From: Stegostoma tigrinum
Taxonomy: Eukaryota
Direction: 5' to 3'
Length of the DNA stretch: 64,000 nt
NCBI RefSeq assembly: GCF_030684315.1
Contig: NC_081366.1
Location: forward strand, 45,980,078-46,044,077
A model generated the notes under the pieces. That model searched no databases. It saw only the letters and a program-made list of their open reading frames with translations, and was not told where the DNA came from. Of this stretch, positions 47,830 to 62,286 are shown piece by piece. Position 1 is the first letter of the stretch. Each line of letters starts with the position of its first letter. A program made the translations under genes and the position numbers.

Positions 47830-50800
47830 AGTATTTAACTCACAGCCACATCTCTTCTAGGCATGCACACCTTGAAGTTCCGCTCCTCTGACAAGATTTC
47901 CATTTCAATCTTTCTTCTTGTCCACCAACATTGATTTCACCGTCACGCCAGGTGTTTGACCAGGTATTTGCTAAAACATGTTTCCACAGCCATATTACAT
48001 TCCTCAGTGACTGCCTCCGGGTCAGATTCACCCCAAACAGATTCCAACTGAAGTTTCACCTCTCGTGCTTTGAATCCAAACAAGATCACAGATCTCTCTG
48101 TGATGCTCAATGTTCTACAGACAGCTGCTCTTGCTGCATCCCGAGATCTACACTCAGTGCCATGTGGCATCACACGCACACTCTTGACCTCTCTCCAACA
48201 TCATCACATCATGCTGGCTCAGGGTCGCACCACTCCCCAGTTCCACTTCAACTTCAAAATTTCCAGCTCATTCGACAGGCTAACAAGAAACTTTTTCTTC
48301 TTTTCCTTTCAGGCATCAGGAGCCAAAGGTGCAACAACTCAGAGATACCCATGGCCCTCTGGAACCTTCCTCCCCTCTCAGTCCACCCCCTCTCCCAACC
48401 CCACCTCTCTAACCTTCCGCTCTCCAATGCTGAGCATTCTGTACTCAGCTAAGGTCTCAGCTTTATCCATTTGCAAACGCTACTTAAGGAATTTTGGGCA
48501 TGATATGACATGGAACTCTTCTGTCATTCTCGTCTCCATGCCCATTCTTTCGGACAAGAGTCCTCTCCCTGTCCCACAGACCCCTTCACCCCATTCTGAC
48601 AATCTCTCCCTCTGGCCTTTTACCTGTATTCGATCTGTTCACTGAGCATTGTCAACATGACGTTGGTTGCCTCTATTTCTCTGCCTCCCCCTCACCAACC
48701 TTTCTCCCTCCAAATTGACTGCACTCTTGTGCACTTAGCTCTAACCCTGAATTTGTTATTAAGCTTGCTAATAGGGTGGTGCTGTTACAGTCTGGCGTAC
48801 TGCCTTCTACATTGCAGAGGCTGAGTGACAGCTCTCAGGTGCCTCCTCTTATCTTCCCCTGGACCATGACCCTAACGTGGCACATCAGGCCATTGTATCA
48901 ACAATGGTAACTGACTTCATCTTCTCTGGTGTTCTCCCTTTAACTGCCTCCAACCTGATATACCCCAGCCCCCACATTGTTCACTTTTATCTCCTTCCAA
49001 AAATCCTTAAACAGGACTGCGTGGGCAGACTGATTATTTCTGCTTGCTCCTTCCCCACAGAACACATCTCTTCCTACTTTGAACCAGTCTTTTCCACCCT
49101 GCTCCAATCCCCCAACTCATACATCTGTGATTCCTCTGACACTCTACACCAGATGCAGAATTTCCAGTCTGCAGGTTCCAGCCTCCTCCTCTTGACCATG
49201 GACATGCAATCCCTTTACATGTCCATCTCCCTCCAGATGGATTTCAGGGCTCTCCACTTCTCCTTGGAGCAAAGGCATCAACCGACCCCACTCACTACCA
49301 CCTTCCTCCACTTGACTAAGCTTGTCCTCACCCTCAACAACTTCGCTTTTAACTCTTCTCATTTCCTTTATGTCAGAGGCGTGGCCATATGTACCTGCAT
49401 GGGCCCTAGTTATGCCTTTCACTTCATGGGGTATGCATACCTAGTTCCAGTCCTATTCTGGCCCCCATCCACAACTCTTTATCCATATAAAATCAACGAT
49501 ATCAGCAGTGCTTCCCTCTCTCATCCAGAAATGGGAAAGTTCACCATTTTGCTTCCAACTTCCACCTTGCTCTCACTTTCACCTAGTCTATGTCTAACTC
49601 CTACCTTCTCTTCCTTGACATCTGTTTCCATTTCCAAGGATGGTCTAGACACCAATATCCACTATAAACCCACTGACTCCCACAGCTACCTGAATTTTAC
49701 AGGAAGCAGAGTGCAAGGATGTAAAAGATTCCATTCCATTTTCTCAGTTCCTCCGTCTCAAATGTTCAGAAGAGGCCAACTTCAACAAGGAGCCTCCAAA
49801 ACGTCCACCTTCTTCCTCAACCAAGGATTCGCCAGCACCATTGTTGACAGGGCCCTCAACCAAGTCTGATCTGTCTCCCGCACTTCCGCCCTCACCCCTT
49901 CTCTATCCTCCGCAACAGCGTTTGGGTTCCCCTTGTCCTTACCTACCATCCCACCAGCATCCACATGAAAAAGATCACTAGCTGCCATTTTCACCACCTC
50001 CAGTGAGATGCCACAACCAGACACATATTTCCCTCCCCTCCTTTGTCCACTTTCCGCAGAGACCGTTCCCTCCTGGACACCCTGGTCCGCTCTTTTCCTT
50101 TACACCCAACAGCTCCCTCCCCTCATCCCCACAGCACCTTTTCCTGTAACTGAAGGTGCAGCACCTGCCCGTTTACCTCCTCCTTCCCCAGTATCCAAGG
50201 GACCAAACATACCTTCCAGGTGAGGTAGCACTTCCCACAATCTCGTGTCCTCTATATTGGGGAAACAAAGCATAGGCTTCACTGGACATTTTCATTTTGC
50301 TTGCAAAAAAGACTGAGCTTCCAGTTGCCTGCCACTTTAACACACTACCCTGTTCCCTTGCCAATATCTGTGTCTCTGGCTTGACACAGTATTCCAGGGA
50401 AGCTCTGCACAAGCTGGAAGAACAAATACCTCATTTTCCACTTAGGGACACTGCAGCCCTCTGGACTCAAAATCAAGTTCAATAATTTTATGGCCTGAGC
50501 TCTCTCACGTCCTAGCCCCTAACTTGCACACCAGGCCTTACTTATCACTCAGCCTGCCATTACACACTAACTATTATTAGCCACTAATGGTCTTGATTAA
50601 CAGCTATTCATCTTCCTAGCTAGATCATTATCAACTCCTTTGTCTGTCCAACTGTTCTTCTCTCTCTTTGAGCTCTATCCCCAACTATCATTTACTCCTT
50701 AGCCAGCACCTCACCTTGCTATTTTTGGTATATAATACCACATTTTCCTAGCTAGCATAAGTTCTGAGGAAGGGTCACTGGACCCAAAATGTTAACCCTG

Positions 50801-50865
50801 GATTTTTCTTTACAGATGCTGCCAAGCCTGCTGAGCTTTTCCAGCAACGTCTGTTTCTGTTCCTA
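47830..50865 (+). mobile_element. Near full-length, decayed Penelope-like element (family B)
   Basis: N-terminal FHSHITFLSDCLRVRFTPNRFQLKF; RT FYLLPKILK, GRLIISACS, LLTMDMQSLY, GVAI-MGPSYA, TNIHYKPTDSHSYL; decayed endonuclease LPVACHFN; ends in a family-B hammerhead-like terminus at ~50763. Confidence 0.85.
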
Positions 50866-52919
50866 ATGCAAAACTGTTCACTTTGTTAGCTCTTCAAAAC
50901 TCTTAAAGCTCTCCCAATGTAAACAAAACTCCATTATGCTCCAAGAAGTTTCTCTCTTTCATACTGTTTTAAACATAAAAATCACAATTGGCTACAGAAA
51001 TACTTAAATTAACCATTAAACCCCTACAGACACAGAAAATCCACTAGTTCAAGTCCAGATGCTGAATAAATAATATTAAAATATATAGGTAAATCACAGT
51101 TTACATCACATTGCATTCAGGGATGTCAAGGTGCATCAGTCTGAGCAGAGATACAGCCAGTTGAATTTTGGATGAACTGAAATTTTTGGGGACTACAAGA
51201 TAGGAGGCTGAGCAAGACAGCAATGGAATAACTGAGCCTGCAGTAAAGTATGAATTTGAAACTCATGATCAAAAAGTATGAAGGGCTCTGTTCAACTTGA
51301 TACATTTACCAGGGACGAGAATGGAATTGTTGCTGAATAAAAGCACTGACTCCTAAATCTTCCCAATGTTTACTGGAGAACTTCAGTGATCTCTTAGTAC
51401 TCATTGGAGACAGAGGTTAACACACTTTTAGATAATAGAGAATGATAGAATAATGGAGCCTAGATTTGTCATTCAGGTTGATCCTACAGTAATGGCCAAT
51501 TTTGAGAGAAGATACTGAAGACTCAAGCTTGAGAGTTTACTATGACAAGGACAAGTCTGGCTAAGCTAGCTGTTTGTCAATATATTGCAATGTTAGCCTT
51601 CAAATGCGACAGAACTCTTGTATACAGCAATTTTTCATAAACCTACAATGTAACTGATGAGAATAACCATATTAAAAAGTTCATTTCAATGTAGATAAAT
51701 ACATAGGAATAACCCAGGTTTTGATTTACTGCGTTAGACATGTTTTATGTTGCAGCTGTCTTTTGAAGAATAAAATCTTAAAAATTCAACAAGACTCACA
51801 CTCCTTACTACCAGATGTTAACTGTCTTGCTTTCAAATGCTTCCCATAATGGTTTAAATGATCCAAGAAATCAAAGTTGGATATTTCCTACATCTGTTGA
51901 CTGGCATACACGAATATTTCACATGGATCACTCTAGTCAACTTTAACTTGGTTCACTTCTGAACGCAAGCAAAGGCATTAATAGCATCAATTTTGGAAAA
52001 AAAAATCTTCAGTTTGACAGAATGGTTCAGTTATTTGTACTGACAACAACTGCCAAAGAGATGATTGTTGTTTGCCTGAAAAGGTACAGGTTGAAACCGA
52101 TTTTTAAATAAAGCTTATTCTGTTTGTACAGATCAATTGAAATTATTAATCAGAGATTCTTATTTTGCCACAAAGCTAACTACAATTTACTTGAAGGAGA
52201 TCAGCCACTTTTTTCCCCCCACTCCTCAAACAGACCTACTTCTTTTATTCAAGTCAAAAAACTGCCCTTTAACTACTTCTCTATCCTCGGTCAATGCTGA
52301 TAACACAACTTAGAGTTGTAGAGATCTACAGCAGAGGAAAAAAAAGTATTTGGCCCATTGCTTCCACGCTAATCCCATTTTCTAACACTTGGCCTGTAGC
52401 CTTGTATGCCTTGGCAACACTAGTGCACATCTAAATGCTTCTTGCATGTTAAATGGTTTCTGCCTCTGCCATTCTTACAAGCAGTGGGTTCCAAACTGCC
52501 ACCACTCTCCAGATGAAAAAGCTTTCCCTCACATTTCCTCTAAAACTTCTGCCCGTATGTCAAATTGATCCCTCCATCAGTGGAAAAAGAGTTTTCTTCC
52601 TGTATACCCTATCTATGCACCTCAATTTTATACTTCTCAATTTCCCTCTGCTCCAAGGGAAACAAACAATCTCAGTCTCTCCGATCTCTCTTCATAACTG
52701 AAATGCTCCAGCCCAAGCGACATCCTGGTATATCTCCTATGCACCCTCTCCAGTGTTGTCACATCCCTCTTACAACATAGACTTGTACTAACAGACAAGC
52801 TGACCCTCACTTTTTGACTGAATAATAATGATAAACTTCATACAAACAGTATCCATAAAGCTCAACTGTTGCATGAAAAAACAAACCCATCTGCATAAAG
52901 AAATTTATAGGTATAATTA

Positions 52920-54930
52920 TAGAACATAGAACAGTACAGGCCCTTCGGCCCACGATGTTGTATCAAACATTTACCCTAAACCTAAGGTCTATCTAACCTC
53001 CACCCCTACCTTATACTATCATCCATATGCCTATCCAATAGGCACTTAAATGCCCCTAATGAGGCCAACTCCACTACCCTCTCTGACAATGCATTCCACA
53101 CCCTGACTACTCTGAGTAAAGAACCTACGTCTGACATCTCACCTATAATCTACCGCTACTCACTTAAAAAACTCTGCCCCCTCATAATAGCTACCTCCAC
53201 CCTAGGAAAACATCTCTGGCTGTCCACTCTATCTATACCTCTGATCATTTAGTACACCTCTAACAAGTCACCTCTCATCCTTCGTCGTTCTAAAGAGACA
53301 AGCCCTGGCTCTCTCAACCTTTCCTCGTAAGACCTTCCCTCCATTACAGGCAACATCCTGGTAAATCTCCTCTCCACCTTTTCTAATGCTTCCACATCTT
53401 TCTTGTAATGAGGCAACCAGAACTGGACAATACTCCAGATGTGGCCAAACCATGGTGGTGTATAGCTGGAGCATAACTTCACAGCTCTTGAACTCAATCC
53501 CTCTATTAATGAAAGCTAACACACCATACACCTTAACAACTCTATCCACCTGGCTGGCAGCTTTTAGGGAACTGTGGACATGAACACCAAGATCCCTCTG
53601 CTACTCCACACTGCCAAGAATCTTTCCATTAACCCTGCATTCTGCTTTCAAGTTTATCCTTCCAAGATGAATCACCTCACACTTTTCAGGGTTACACTCC
53701 ATCTGCCACTTCTCAGCCCAGCTCTGCATCCTATCAATGCCCCTTTGTAACCCAGGACAGCCCTCTGCATTATCCACAACTCGACCAACCTTTGTATCAT
53801 CTGTGAACTTACTAATCTGCCCTTCCACTCCTTCATCGAAATAATTTGCAAAAAAAACCCCAGCACAAATAGATGAGGACCCAGAACAGATCCTTGTGGT
53901 ACACCACTCAAAACTGAGCACCACGTTGAATATTTTCCATCCACTACCACACTTCATCTTCTAAAGGTCAGCCAATTCTGAATCCAATCTGCCATGTTCC
54001 CCCTATCCCATGCCTCCTTACCTTCTGCATGAGCCTGCCATGGGGAATCTTATCAAATGCCTTACTTAAATCCATGTATACCACACCCACTGCTCTACCT
54101 TCATCCATGCAGTTTGGGCACCTCTTCAAAGAATTCAATAAAGGTTTGTGAGGTATGATCTACTCCTCACAATCCATGCTGACTACCAAAACCATGCCTA
54201 TCCATGTGATCATAAATCCTATCTTTCAGAGCCCTTTCCAATAATTTGCCCACCACTGAAGTAAGACTAACTGGCCTGTAATATCTGGGGTTATCCCTAT
54301 TCCCTTTTTTGAACAAGGGAATGACGTTTGCCACTCTCCAATCTTCCAGCACTATACCCATGGACAGTGAGGATGAAAAGATCATTGTTAAAGGCCCTGC
54401 CATCTCTTCCCTCACTTCCCATAGAATCCTCAGATAAATCCCAACAGACCAGGGAGGGGGGGGGGGGGGGGGGGGGAAACTTATCTATTTTCAAATTCCT
54501 CAAAATTCCTAGTACATCTTCCTTACTAACATCTACCTCATCTAGCCTACCATCCTGTTTCACATATCTGCCTCCCATCTGCTCCTCTGCAACTATTAGG
54601 GGGTCTGTTTAAAAAAAAACCCAAAGTGACTGCTCCTTTCTTGTTCCTGGCTTCAAACCAAACTGACTCTAATCATTCTCAAACTGCCTTTCAGTAGCTG
54701 CTATATTAGCCCTGACTAGCAATGCCACTCTGCCACCTCTTTTACCACTATCCCTGTTTCTTTTAATGCATCTAAATCCTGGAACTTCTAACAACCATTC
54801 CTGTCCCCGAGTTGCCCAAATTTCTGTAATGGCCACAACATCATAGTTCCAAGTACTGACCCATGTTCTAAGTTCATCCGCCTTATTTCTGATACTTCTA
54901 GCATCAAAATATACACACTTCAAACCATCC
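52920..54930 (-). mobile_element. CR1-type LINE ORF2 with APE endonuclease start and RT, internally deleted
   Basis: LKCVYFDARSIRNKADEL...YDVVAITE (APE); DWRVANVIPLFKKGNRDNPRYYRPVSLTSVVGKLLE; SGVPQGSVLGP; SKFTDDTK; SYEERL...RMRGDLLEVY. Confidence 0.9.
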
Positions 54931-57206
54931 TTGTGTCCACAAATATGTTCCATTGACCGTATTTCCTCATTAGCAACCTCAATTAACAATTATGCCATCA
55001 GAAAGACCAACACAATAAAAACTCTGTACAATGTGCAAATCTTTATTGATTGGTTCCACACACTGTTGTTTGTATATTTCGATAAAACATATGATTGCAT
55101 GGCTATATGTTATACAAATAAAAAGCTGCATTTATTAAAAGGGTAAACTCTTTAAAGTGGTGGTCCTATCTCCATAATTATAAAAGGATATTTCTCCAAT
55201 GTCTCTTCAGTATTTACCTAAATATTTATTTTTTCTAGATCTGCGGGTTCGCCAAACATCAGTAGGAGTCCTGCCTTTCATTATGCAACATATTCCAAAT
55301 AGAGTGTCATGATTCATCTGTATATGTGCAGTTGTAATTGTGATGTTCTATTTTTTTCAAGACTAAGCTCCTATTATCTGTTTAAGTTTTTTTTTAATTC
55401 AGAAGATTCAATTAAATCATTTGATATCAGAGTGAAAGAGAAAATGTGATCATCTACAGATTATCTGTTCACAACAAAAAAGGTGCTTTAAATAATAAGA
55501 AATCATAAAGCTGCCTTGCACAAACAGCAAAAAACTTCATGCACGAAGAATTACTGGCATAGGCAATCCCCTGCTTTTCATTCCCCGGTTATTTCTTTTC
55601 AACTTTATAACAGATTAGGATCTCAGCAATGCCCTGCAACACACAGCAAAAGCTTGGATACCATCTTTACCATTGTAATCATCCCAAGAAACTTTGCAGA
55701 AATATAATTAGAAACAAACACACATTGAAAAAGCTACTACTTTGGCTCAACAGATGTAAGGTTGATTTCACCGGATGGTAGCCACAGATGCAGCTTATAA
55801 AGACCAACTAAATTAAAAGTTCTATGCCAATGATCTTTAGCTTGCTTAATTTCAGACATTCTTATTCGGGAAGTTAGACACCTCATAAATATTCTAGTGA
55901 ATAAGCCTTTACTGTTTTAGACATCTCCAAAGCCTCTGACAACACTTGACATTGTGCACCTCAAAATAATATTACCATCATGTAGGTCTCTAATAATATT
56001 CTAATTTTTTAAAAAAGGCACTGTGGATGCTAGAGATTGGAAACAAAATTCTCCTTGACACTAAATGCACTGTAGTATTCCTTCATCTTTTTCATTCAAT
56101 TAACTCAATGAATCTTTCCATTTTCATTCCTAACAACTTCCCAAATTCAAAATCTAACTCATTCAACACTTTTTTCTAAGGATTCAATATTGTATTCAGC
56201 AGCTCCCTTCACTGGCCAAACCTTCATTGTATGTAAAATATCCAATTCTCCCTCGCTACCTGAATCATTATATTTTGAATCTTGTTCTGCCTAATAGATT
56301 TGTGAAAGAAAACTGTCCTTCAGCAATTTAATTCCTTATCTCTCTCACTTGTGTTACAAGCATCTGCACTTTTGAAGCTCCACTGCTCCCTCTTCATTTG
56401 TGGTGTTTTCAGATATTTTCCAAATCAACTTGATCAGATGTGGTAATTACATACTTCTGGAGCAGGTAACCTTCCTATCAATTCTGACCTCAAAAAGTAC
56501 TCCCACCACTGGAATCTACAAGAAGCTGGTTATTTTCCTTTGTGCCTAGTACTTATTTTTTGTTCAAGACTTGAGAGTTTGCCAAGATATTGGAGCATCA
56601 TTCAAAATTCTTAGGCCTATGGCAAAAGCTGAAAAGTAATCTTTCTTTCCTCTCGGCTCTAATCTGTCTGTCAAAAATTTATTTGGCTAACTCTAATTTA
56701 TGAATATCACTGAGGATGAGGTTAACTGCTTCTTCTGTTCCTTTTAAACTGACAGTTTCTATTTTAATCAATTTTCCCTGCTCTTTAACATCAATGTTAA
56801 ATTAGTTAATGTAATATATATCATAAAAACAAAATATACACCATTTGCCTTCCTACAACCTCAGGCTTGTAAAGACATTTTGGCTTCACCTATCACCAGT
56901 ATTTTATCTCTACTTACTCTTCTCTGTATGATGTGATATAAATTTTCACATTGGCTTCTTAATTACATCTTGCGTCTTATTATCAATTTCACGTAGCAGT
57001 CTTGTCAAAACTCAATCTATTTTGATCCTATGAAAAAAGTTTTCCAGCAGATGACATAGTAAACCAGTACGTCATATAGAAGATATTAGGCCAGGTGAAT
57101 AAACGCTTGGACAAACAAACATGTCCCAAGAAAAACTATTTGAAAAATAAATTTCTTCTAGACTTTGTATCCTGTAACAACGTTGAATGAAAAATATTAT
57201 ACTCAC

Positions 57207-57375
57207 TTTCAAGGAAGTCTAATTTACAACCTTCTGTGTGAACGCAGACAGCATTAAAGCCTTGAGTAGGTGACGTACTATGCTTCACTGTGTGAGTGGC
57301 CAAACAGTTGAGAATGCTAGATTTCCCAGCACCATCTAAACCAAGAACCAGAATTTGTTTTTCTCTAGGCTGGCT
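57207..57375 (-). CDS. ARL10: ARL10 exon 2
   Basis: aaacAG acceptor; SQPREKQILVLGLDGAGKSSILNCLATHTVKHSTSPTQGFNAVCVHTEGCKLDFLE-(I) with P-loop GLDGAGKS and switch I PTQGFN; donor A|GTGAGT. Confidence 0.95.
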
Positions 57376-60124
57376 CTGTTTGAAAAATAAAAGCAAACCA
57401 TGCAATCAAATGAAAGCAATTCAATTAAACTACAAGATATCATACATAAAAACTAACTGGGTAACTAGGGCACAAAGCTCAGCTGAAAAACGATGCTTCC
57501 AGAAATTGGTTCTTCCATCAATATCCCTTTGAATCGCCAACCTTAATATACCTGATGTGAAATGCTTTAAAATTTACCCAACTTTCTGCCACCATGACTT
57601 AACTTTCCATTCCCTTAGAGGTAATGAGTATTCAATGCTGTGAAATGTTTTGCATCATTTTGTATCCAACAATTTAGAGATTTGTACAAAAGTCTCTGTT
57701 CAGCCACGTTTAAACTGATTAAGTCGAACATTGCATGGATTTGTTCTGCAGGTCTATCTTCATGAACAGTAAGGAGGAAAATACCCTAATGTTACTGTTT
57801 GCTATTCTCTCACTATTGAAGTTATATTAAGACTGTTCTAATCCACACCTTACACCTCCCCCTGCCATTTATAAAAGGCAAGCAATAAAAAAAAGACCAA
57901 AAAGTGTATGAGAATCAATAAATTTAAATTAAATGACAGAAAGCAAGATGTTATAGAGGACACCTGCCAGAATGGTTCCAAGGATGTGGGAATTGAGCTG
58001 TAAAGGCTAAGTTAGAGAAGCTGGAGCTGTTTTGCTTGAGTGAAGAAGATTGAGAGTAGCTCCAATACAGGTAAATAAGATTATGACAGATTTAAGTAAT
58101 ACAGACTAAACAAAAATATGTTTCTCTTAGCTGATTGTACAAGTGTTATGGGACAGAGATTTGACTTTTTGGGTAAGAGATACAGAAGGATGTGCAGAAT
58201 ACTTGTAAGAACTAAATGGTACTGACCTGGAAATCCAATCAGTTGGGCTCATGGAAGTGGGGCAGATAAACGATTTCAAACAGAAATTGGAAAGAAGTAA
58301 ACTTACAGGGCATAAGGGACGGAGGAGGGGATTGGGACTAAGTGAATCTTTCTAGAGAGAACCATCAGGGCCTTAATGGATCAAATGGCCTCCCTCTGTG
58401 CTATAATGACATTATGGTATTTAAATAACTCAAATAGAAAGCAAGTTTATGTAGCAGAGTATGAAAAGAAAATTAATCCATTTAAAAATATAACTAGACA
58501 GATGATGGGTCATAGACTTTCAATTTCTCCTCAGCTTCTCTATGATCAATTTATTGCAAAGGATATTTTCCACCAGTAGTTAAGCAGAACAAAGAAAAAT
58601 GTGAGAAAGGAAGTCAAATTACTTCTGAAATAAAATTTTCCTGAAAGCAAGAGGAGATGCTGGAAGCTGCGGAGTTGAAGCATAGGCATGAATATTTACA
58701 ACAAAGACTGACAACTGACTGAGTTTGAGCTCTAAAAACTGCTCTGGTGGTTCAATTCAAAACTGTGTTGCTTCATGCTGAACTAGGTGACTGAGATTTT
58801 CCCTGATCCAATCCCTGTTTTTTTTTGGCCTTATAGAATCAGCCCATTGTGTCCGTTCCAGCTCTCTGCAACAGCAATTCAGCTGGACCCACTTCCAATC
58901 GGCTCCTAATCTAGTTCTGTTTTGAAAGTCATGATTAAACCTGCCTCCTGTACTCTCCAAGACAGTGCATTCCAGAATCTGTGCGCTGTGGAGACAGTTT
59001 TTTCTCATGTGTTCATTGACAAAAGAACCAATCATCTTAATATTAATGTCGTTCCATTCCTGATGTTCCTGCCAAGAACAATTCTTCTCTATCTCATTTT
59101 TCATGACATTGAGCATTGTTCTATCAAATCTCCTCTTAATCTTCTCTTCTTTCCTTAATTTTGTATTCTATACCTCTACTTATGAAAGTTTCCCCAAGAC
59201 TTTTTAATCAGTTTATCAATCTGCCCTGTCCCCTACAATGATGTGTGTGTATCTCAAAGCCTCTGTTCCTGAAGACCCTTTCAAATTTGACTCTTTCTGT
59301 ATTTTATCTAAACCCATTCTTCCTACCAAATTGTGCTATTTTACACTTCTCTGCATTAAATTTCAACTGCCACACATCCACCCATTTGGCCAGTTTACAT
59401 CCACTGGAAGTTTGTCACTATCCTCCACACAGTTCACAATACTTCCAAGTTTTGTTTCATCTGCAAATGTGCCCTTTGCATCCAAGTAGAGGCAATTGAC
59501 TGGAGATTAAGAAAATAAATGGTGTATAGGACCCCAATACATACTTTCCTCTGGTCCAAGAAACAATAAATCATTCTCTACTCTCTTGTTTCCCGACAGT
59601 CAGCCACCTTCATATAATTGCTGCCATTGTCCCTTTTCCCCCCTTGGCTTGAAGACTATATATAACATAGAAACCTAATTACCCATGCAAATCTCATTAC
59701 CTCAAGAACTCAATCATGTTTGTTAAACACAATTTGCCCTCAATGCAGAGTTGATCACCATGTCGCATACCAGTGTCCTACGAGGTGGAAAGCTGTCCTT
59801 AACAAACTTGTGCTGGCTTTCCTTAATTGATATAGGCTGTCTAAAGTAAAACCATAGCTATCCCAGATTGTTATTTCTAAAACCTTACCCAAAGCTGAGG
59901 TTAAACTGTCAAGTCATAGTTGCTGGGTTTATGCTTACACCATTTTTTGAACAAAAGTGGAATATTTGTAACTGATAATGCTCTAGTAACCTTCCCACAA
60001 AGGGGCATTGGAAAATTATGGCAAGTATCTCCACAATTTCCTCCTTCATTCCTGTCAGTTTCCTCCAGAGCATCTCTTAAGTCCCAATGATTTATCAACT
60101 TATAAGTACAACCAGACTTTCTCA

Positions 60125-60220
60125 TACACAAAAACAAAGTTGCCGGAAAAGCGCAGCAGGTCTGGCAGCATCTGTGAAGGAGAAAACAGAGTTAACGTTT
60201 TGGGTCCGGTGACCCTTCCT
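60125..60220 (-). mobile_element. Solo PLE family-B 3' end (broken hammerhead)
   Basis: Minus strand gaggaagggtcaccggacccaaaacgttaactc...cagatgctgccagacc. Confidence 0.75.
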
Positions 60221-61027
60221 CCACCATTCAATACGACTATGGCTCATCGCATCTCACCCTGAACTCCACTTTCCTGTCAGCTCTCATAATCCTTGAGAGC
60301 ATTATTAAAAAAGGTCTCTTTCTCCTCCTTAAAACTATTCAATGTGCCAGCATCCATCACACATCAGATTCACAATCCTTTGGGAAAAGTAATTTCACCT
60401 CAGTTATGTTTTAAATCTGCTATTCTTTATCCTAAATCTATGATCTCTTGTTCTAAATTGCCCCATGAGAAAACATACTTGCTGTCAACTTTGGCAACTC
60501 CTTTTAGCATCTTATCTACCTCTATTACATTCTCCCAAGCTCCAGAGCTTGGACACCTAAACTGCTCATTCTGTCCTCACAAGACAAATCCGTCACCTCT
60601 GGAATCAAACCAGTGACCCTCCTGTGAATTGTCAAAAATACAACTACATCCCTCTGCAAGGAAGAAACCAAAATTGTACACTATACTCCAAGTGCAGTCT
60701 CACTAATACCTTGTACAATTGCAGCAACAAACCCTACTTTTATACCTTATTCCATTGAACAAAAAACATCTGAAAATTCCATTGCCTTGCTTATTACCCA
60801 CTTTACCTGTATACTTGTTTTCTGCAACTCATGCAGGAGCACACCAAGATTCGTTGGTACTGAAGCACTCAAATTTCTCTACGCTTATACAACAAGTTGC
60901 CTTTCTACTCCTCCAACCAAACTGGATAACGTAAACTTCACCAGCCAAATTTCGGCTCATTGATGTAACTCGATCCTCATTTGCAAACACTGTTTCATCA
61001 TTATTGCTAAACTGTTGTAACTTTCGT

Positions 61028-61369
61028 AGAATTCCTAGAGTATGGAAGCAGGTTCTTCAGCCCATTGAATCCATACCGACCCTCCGGACAGCATTCCACC
61101 CAGACCCACCCCTCAATCCAAAAACCCTGCATTTCCCATGGCTAACTCACCTAGCCTGTATACCCCGGACACAATGGGTAATTTAGCATGGCCATTCCAC
61201 CTAACCTGCACATCTTTGGACTGTGGGAAGAAACCCGGGCACCCCGAGGGTTTCCACACAGAGAGAATGCGAAAACTGCACACAGACAATCATCACCCGA
61301 GGATAGGGTCGAACCCGGATCCCTGGTGCTGGGAGGGAGCAGTACTCACACCTGAGCCACAGTGCCGCC
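61028..61369 (-). mobile_element. tRNA-derived SINE (HE1/V-SINE-like)
   Basis: Minus strand gcggcactgtggctcagg...cagggatccgggttcgaccc; homologous to 33861-34188. Confidence 0.8.
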
Positions 61370-61816
61370 TCTCATGATTTTTAAAAAATTCGAAATCAGC
61401 AAAACCGTTTTACTCTAAATATCGGTAAGCCAAAACACCATTATTTACACAACGTACACTTTCAAACGGTTTCTTCATTCCTCACGAGATCAGAGCATGA
61501 CATTCTTTACATCACTTTCTGTTTGAGCCTACAAATGTGATCGGAGGAGTGGCTGAGAAGGTTGTTCGGTAAACAATGCCTGTCCTACCTCTTTAATAGG
61601 GCATTTCAAAAGCATCTCTCTGTTCAATTGTTTAACCATCTCTTTAAATGAATAACATCCGCCTCGAGTTACTCTTTGCTGCAAACATTTAACGTCCTAA
61701 TTTTCTGCAAAAAAAAACACATACGCTACAAATCACATAATCTTAACAGGATTTGATATCGACAGCTGCCAGTTCCTGTTTCCTCCTTACACGCAGGCTA
61801 AGTACACCCACCCTAC

Positions 61817-61969
61817 CAGCTCTCTGTCTTTCACCTCTTGAATAAAACTGTACTCTTCCTCAGAGTGTCGCCTGCTGCCGTTGAAATACTTCCACGAGAT
61901 GAACACAATGCTGCCCAAGATTGCAACCAGAGTCCCTATTGCAGCTCCGATTTGCCGCAGGTGTGACAT
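61817..61969 (-). CDS. ARL10: ARL10 (ARF-like GTPase 10) exon 1 with an N-terminal transmembrane segment
   Basis: ATG at 61969; MSHLRQIGAAIGTLVAILGSIVFISWKYFNGSRRHSEEEYSFIQEVKDREL; donor CTG|GTAGGG, phase 0 matching exon 2. The LGS-xFI-WK-YF motif is typical of ARL10. Total 225 aa. Confidence 0.9.
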
Positions 61970-62286
61970 TGCCCCACGCTGATCTGTGAGTAACCGGGAT
62001 AAGGAAGATTTCCTCGCTCTGTTTGCTGCCACCACTTAATTGCCTGTACGTCACGCCGCAAATTCACACCCAGTTCCAGTAGTGCGTTGTATCCCCTGTG
62101 TCAGCGATTTCACTTCAGTTTATAAACAGGTAATGCTTAATAACAACTTGACAGAAGTTTAGGTCTCCGTTTATGGTTTAAATGACCCGAACGAATAAGT
62201 GAATGAATGAATGAAAGAAACACCTTCAGAGTAAGGAGGTGGAAGATTCAAACACTTTTGCAGCGAGACAACTCATTATTTTTGAT

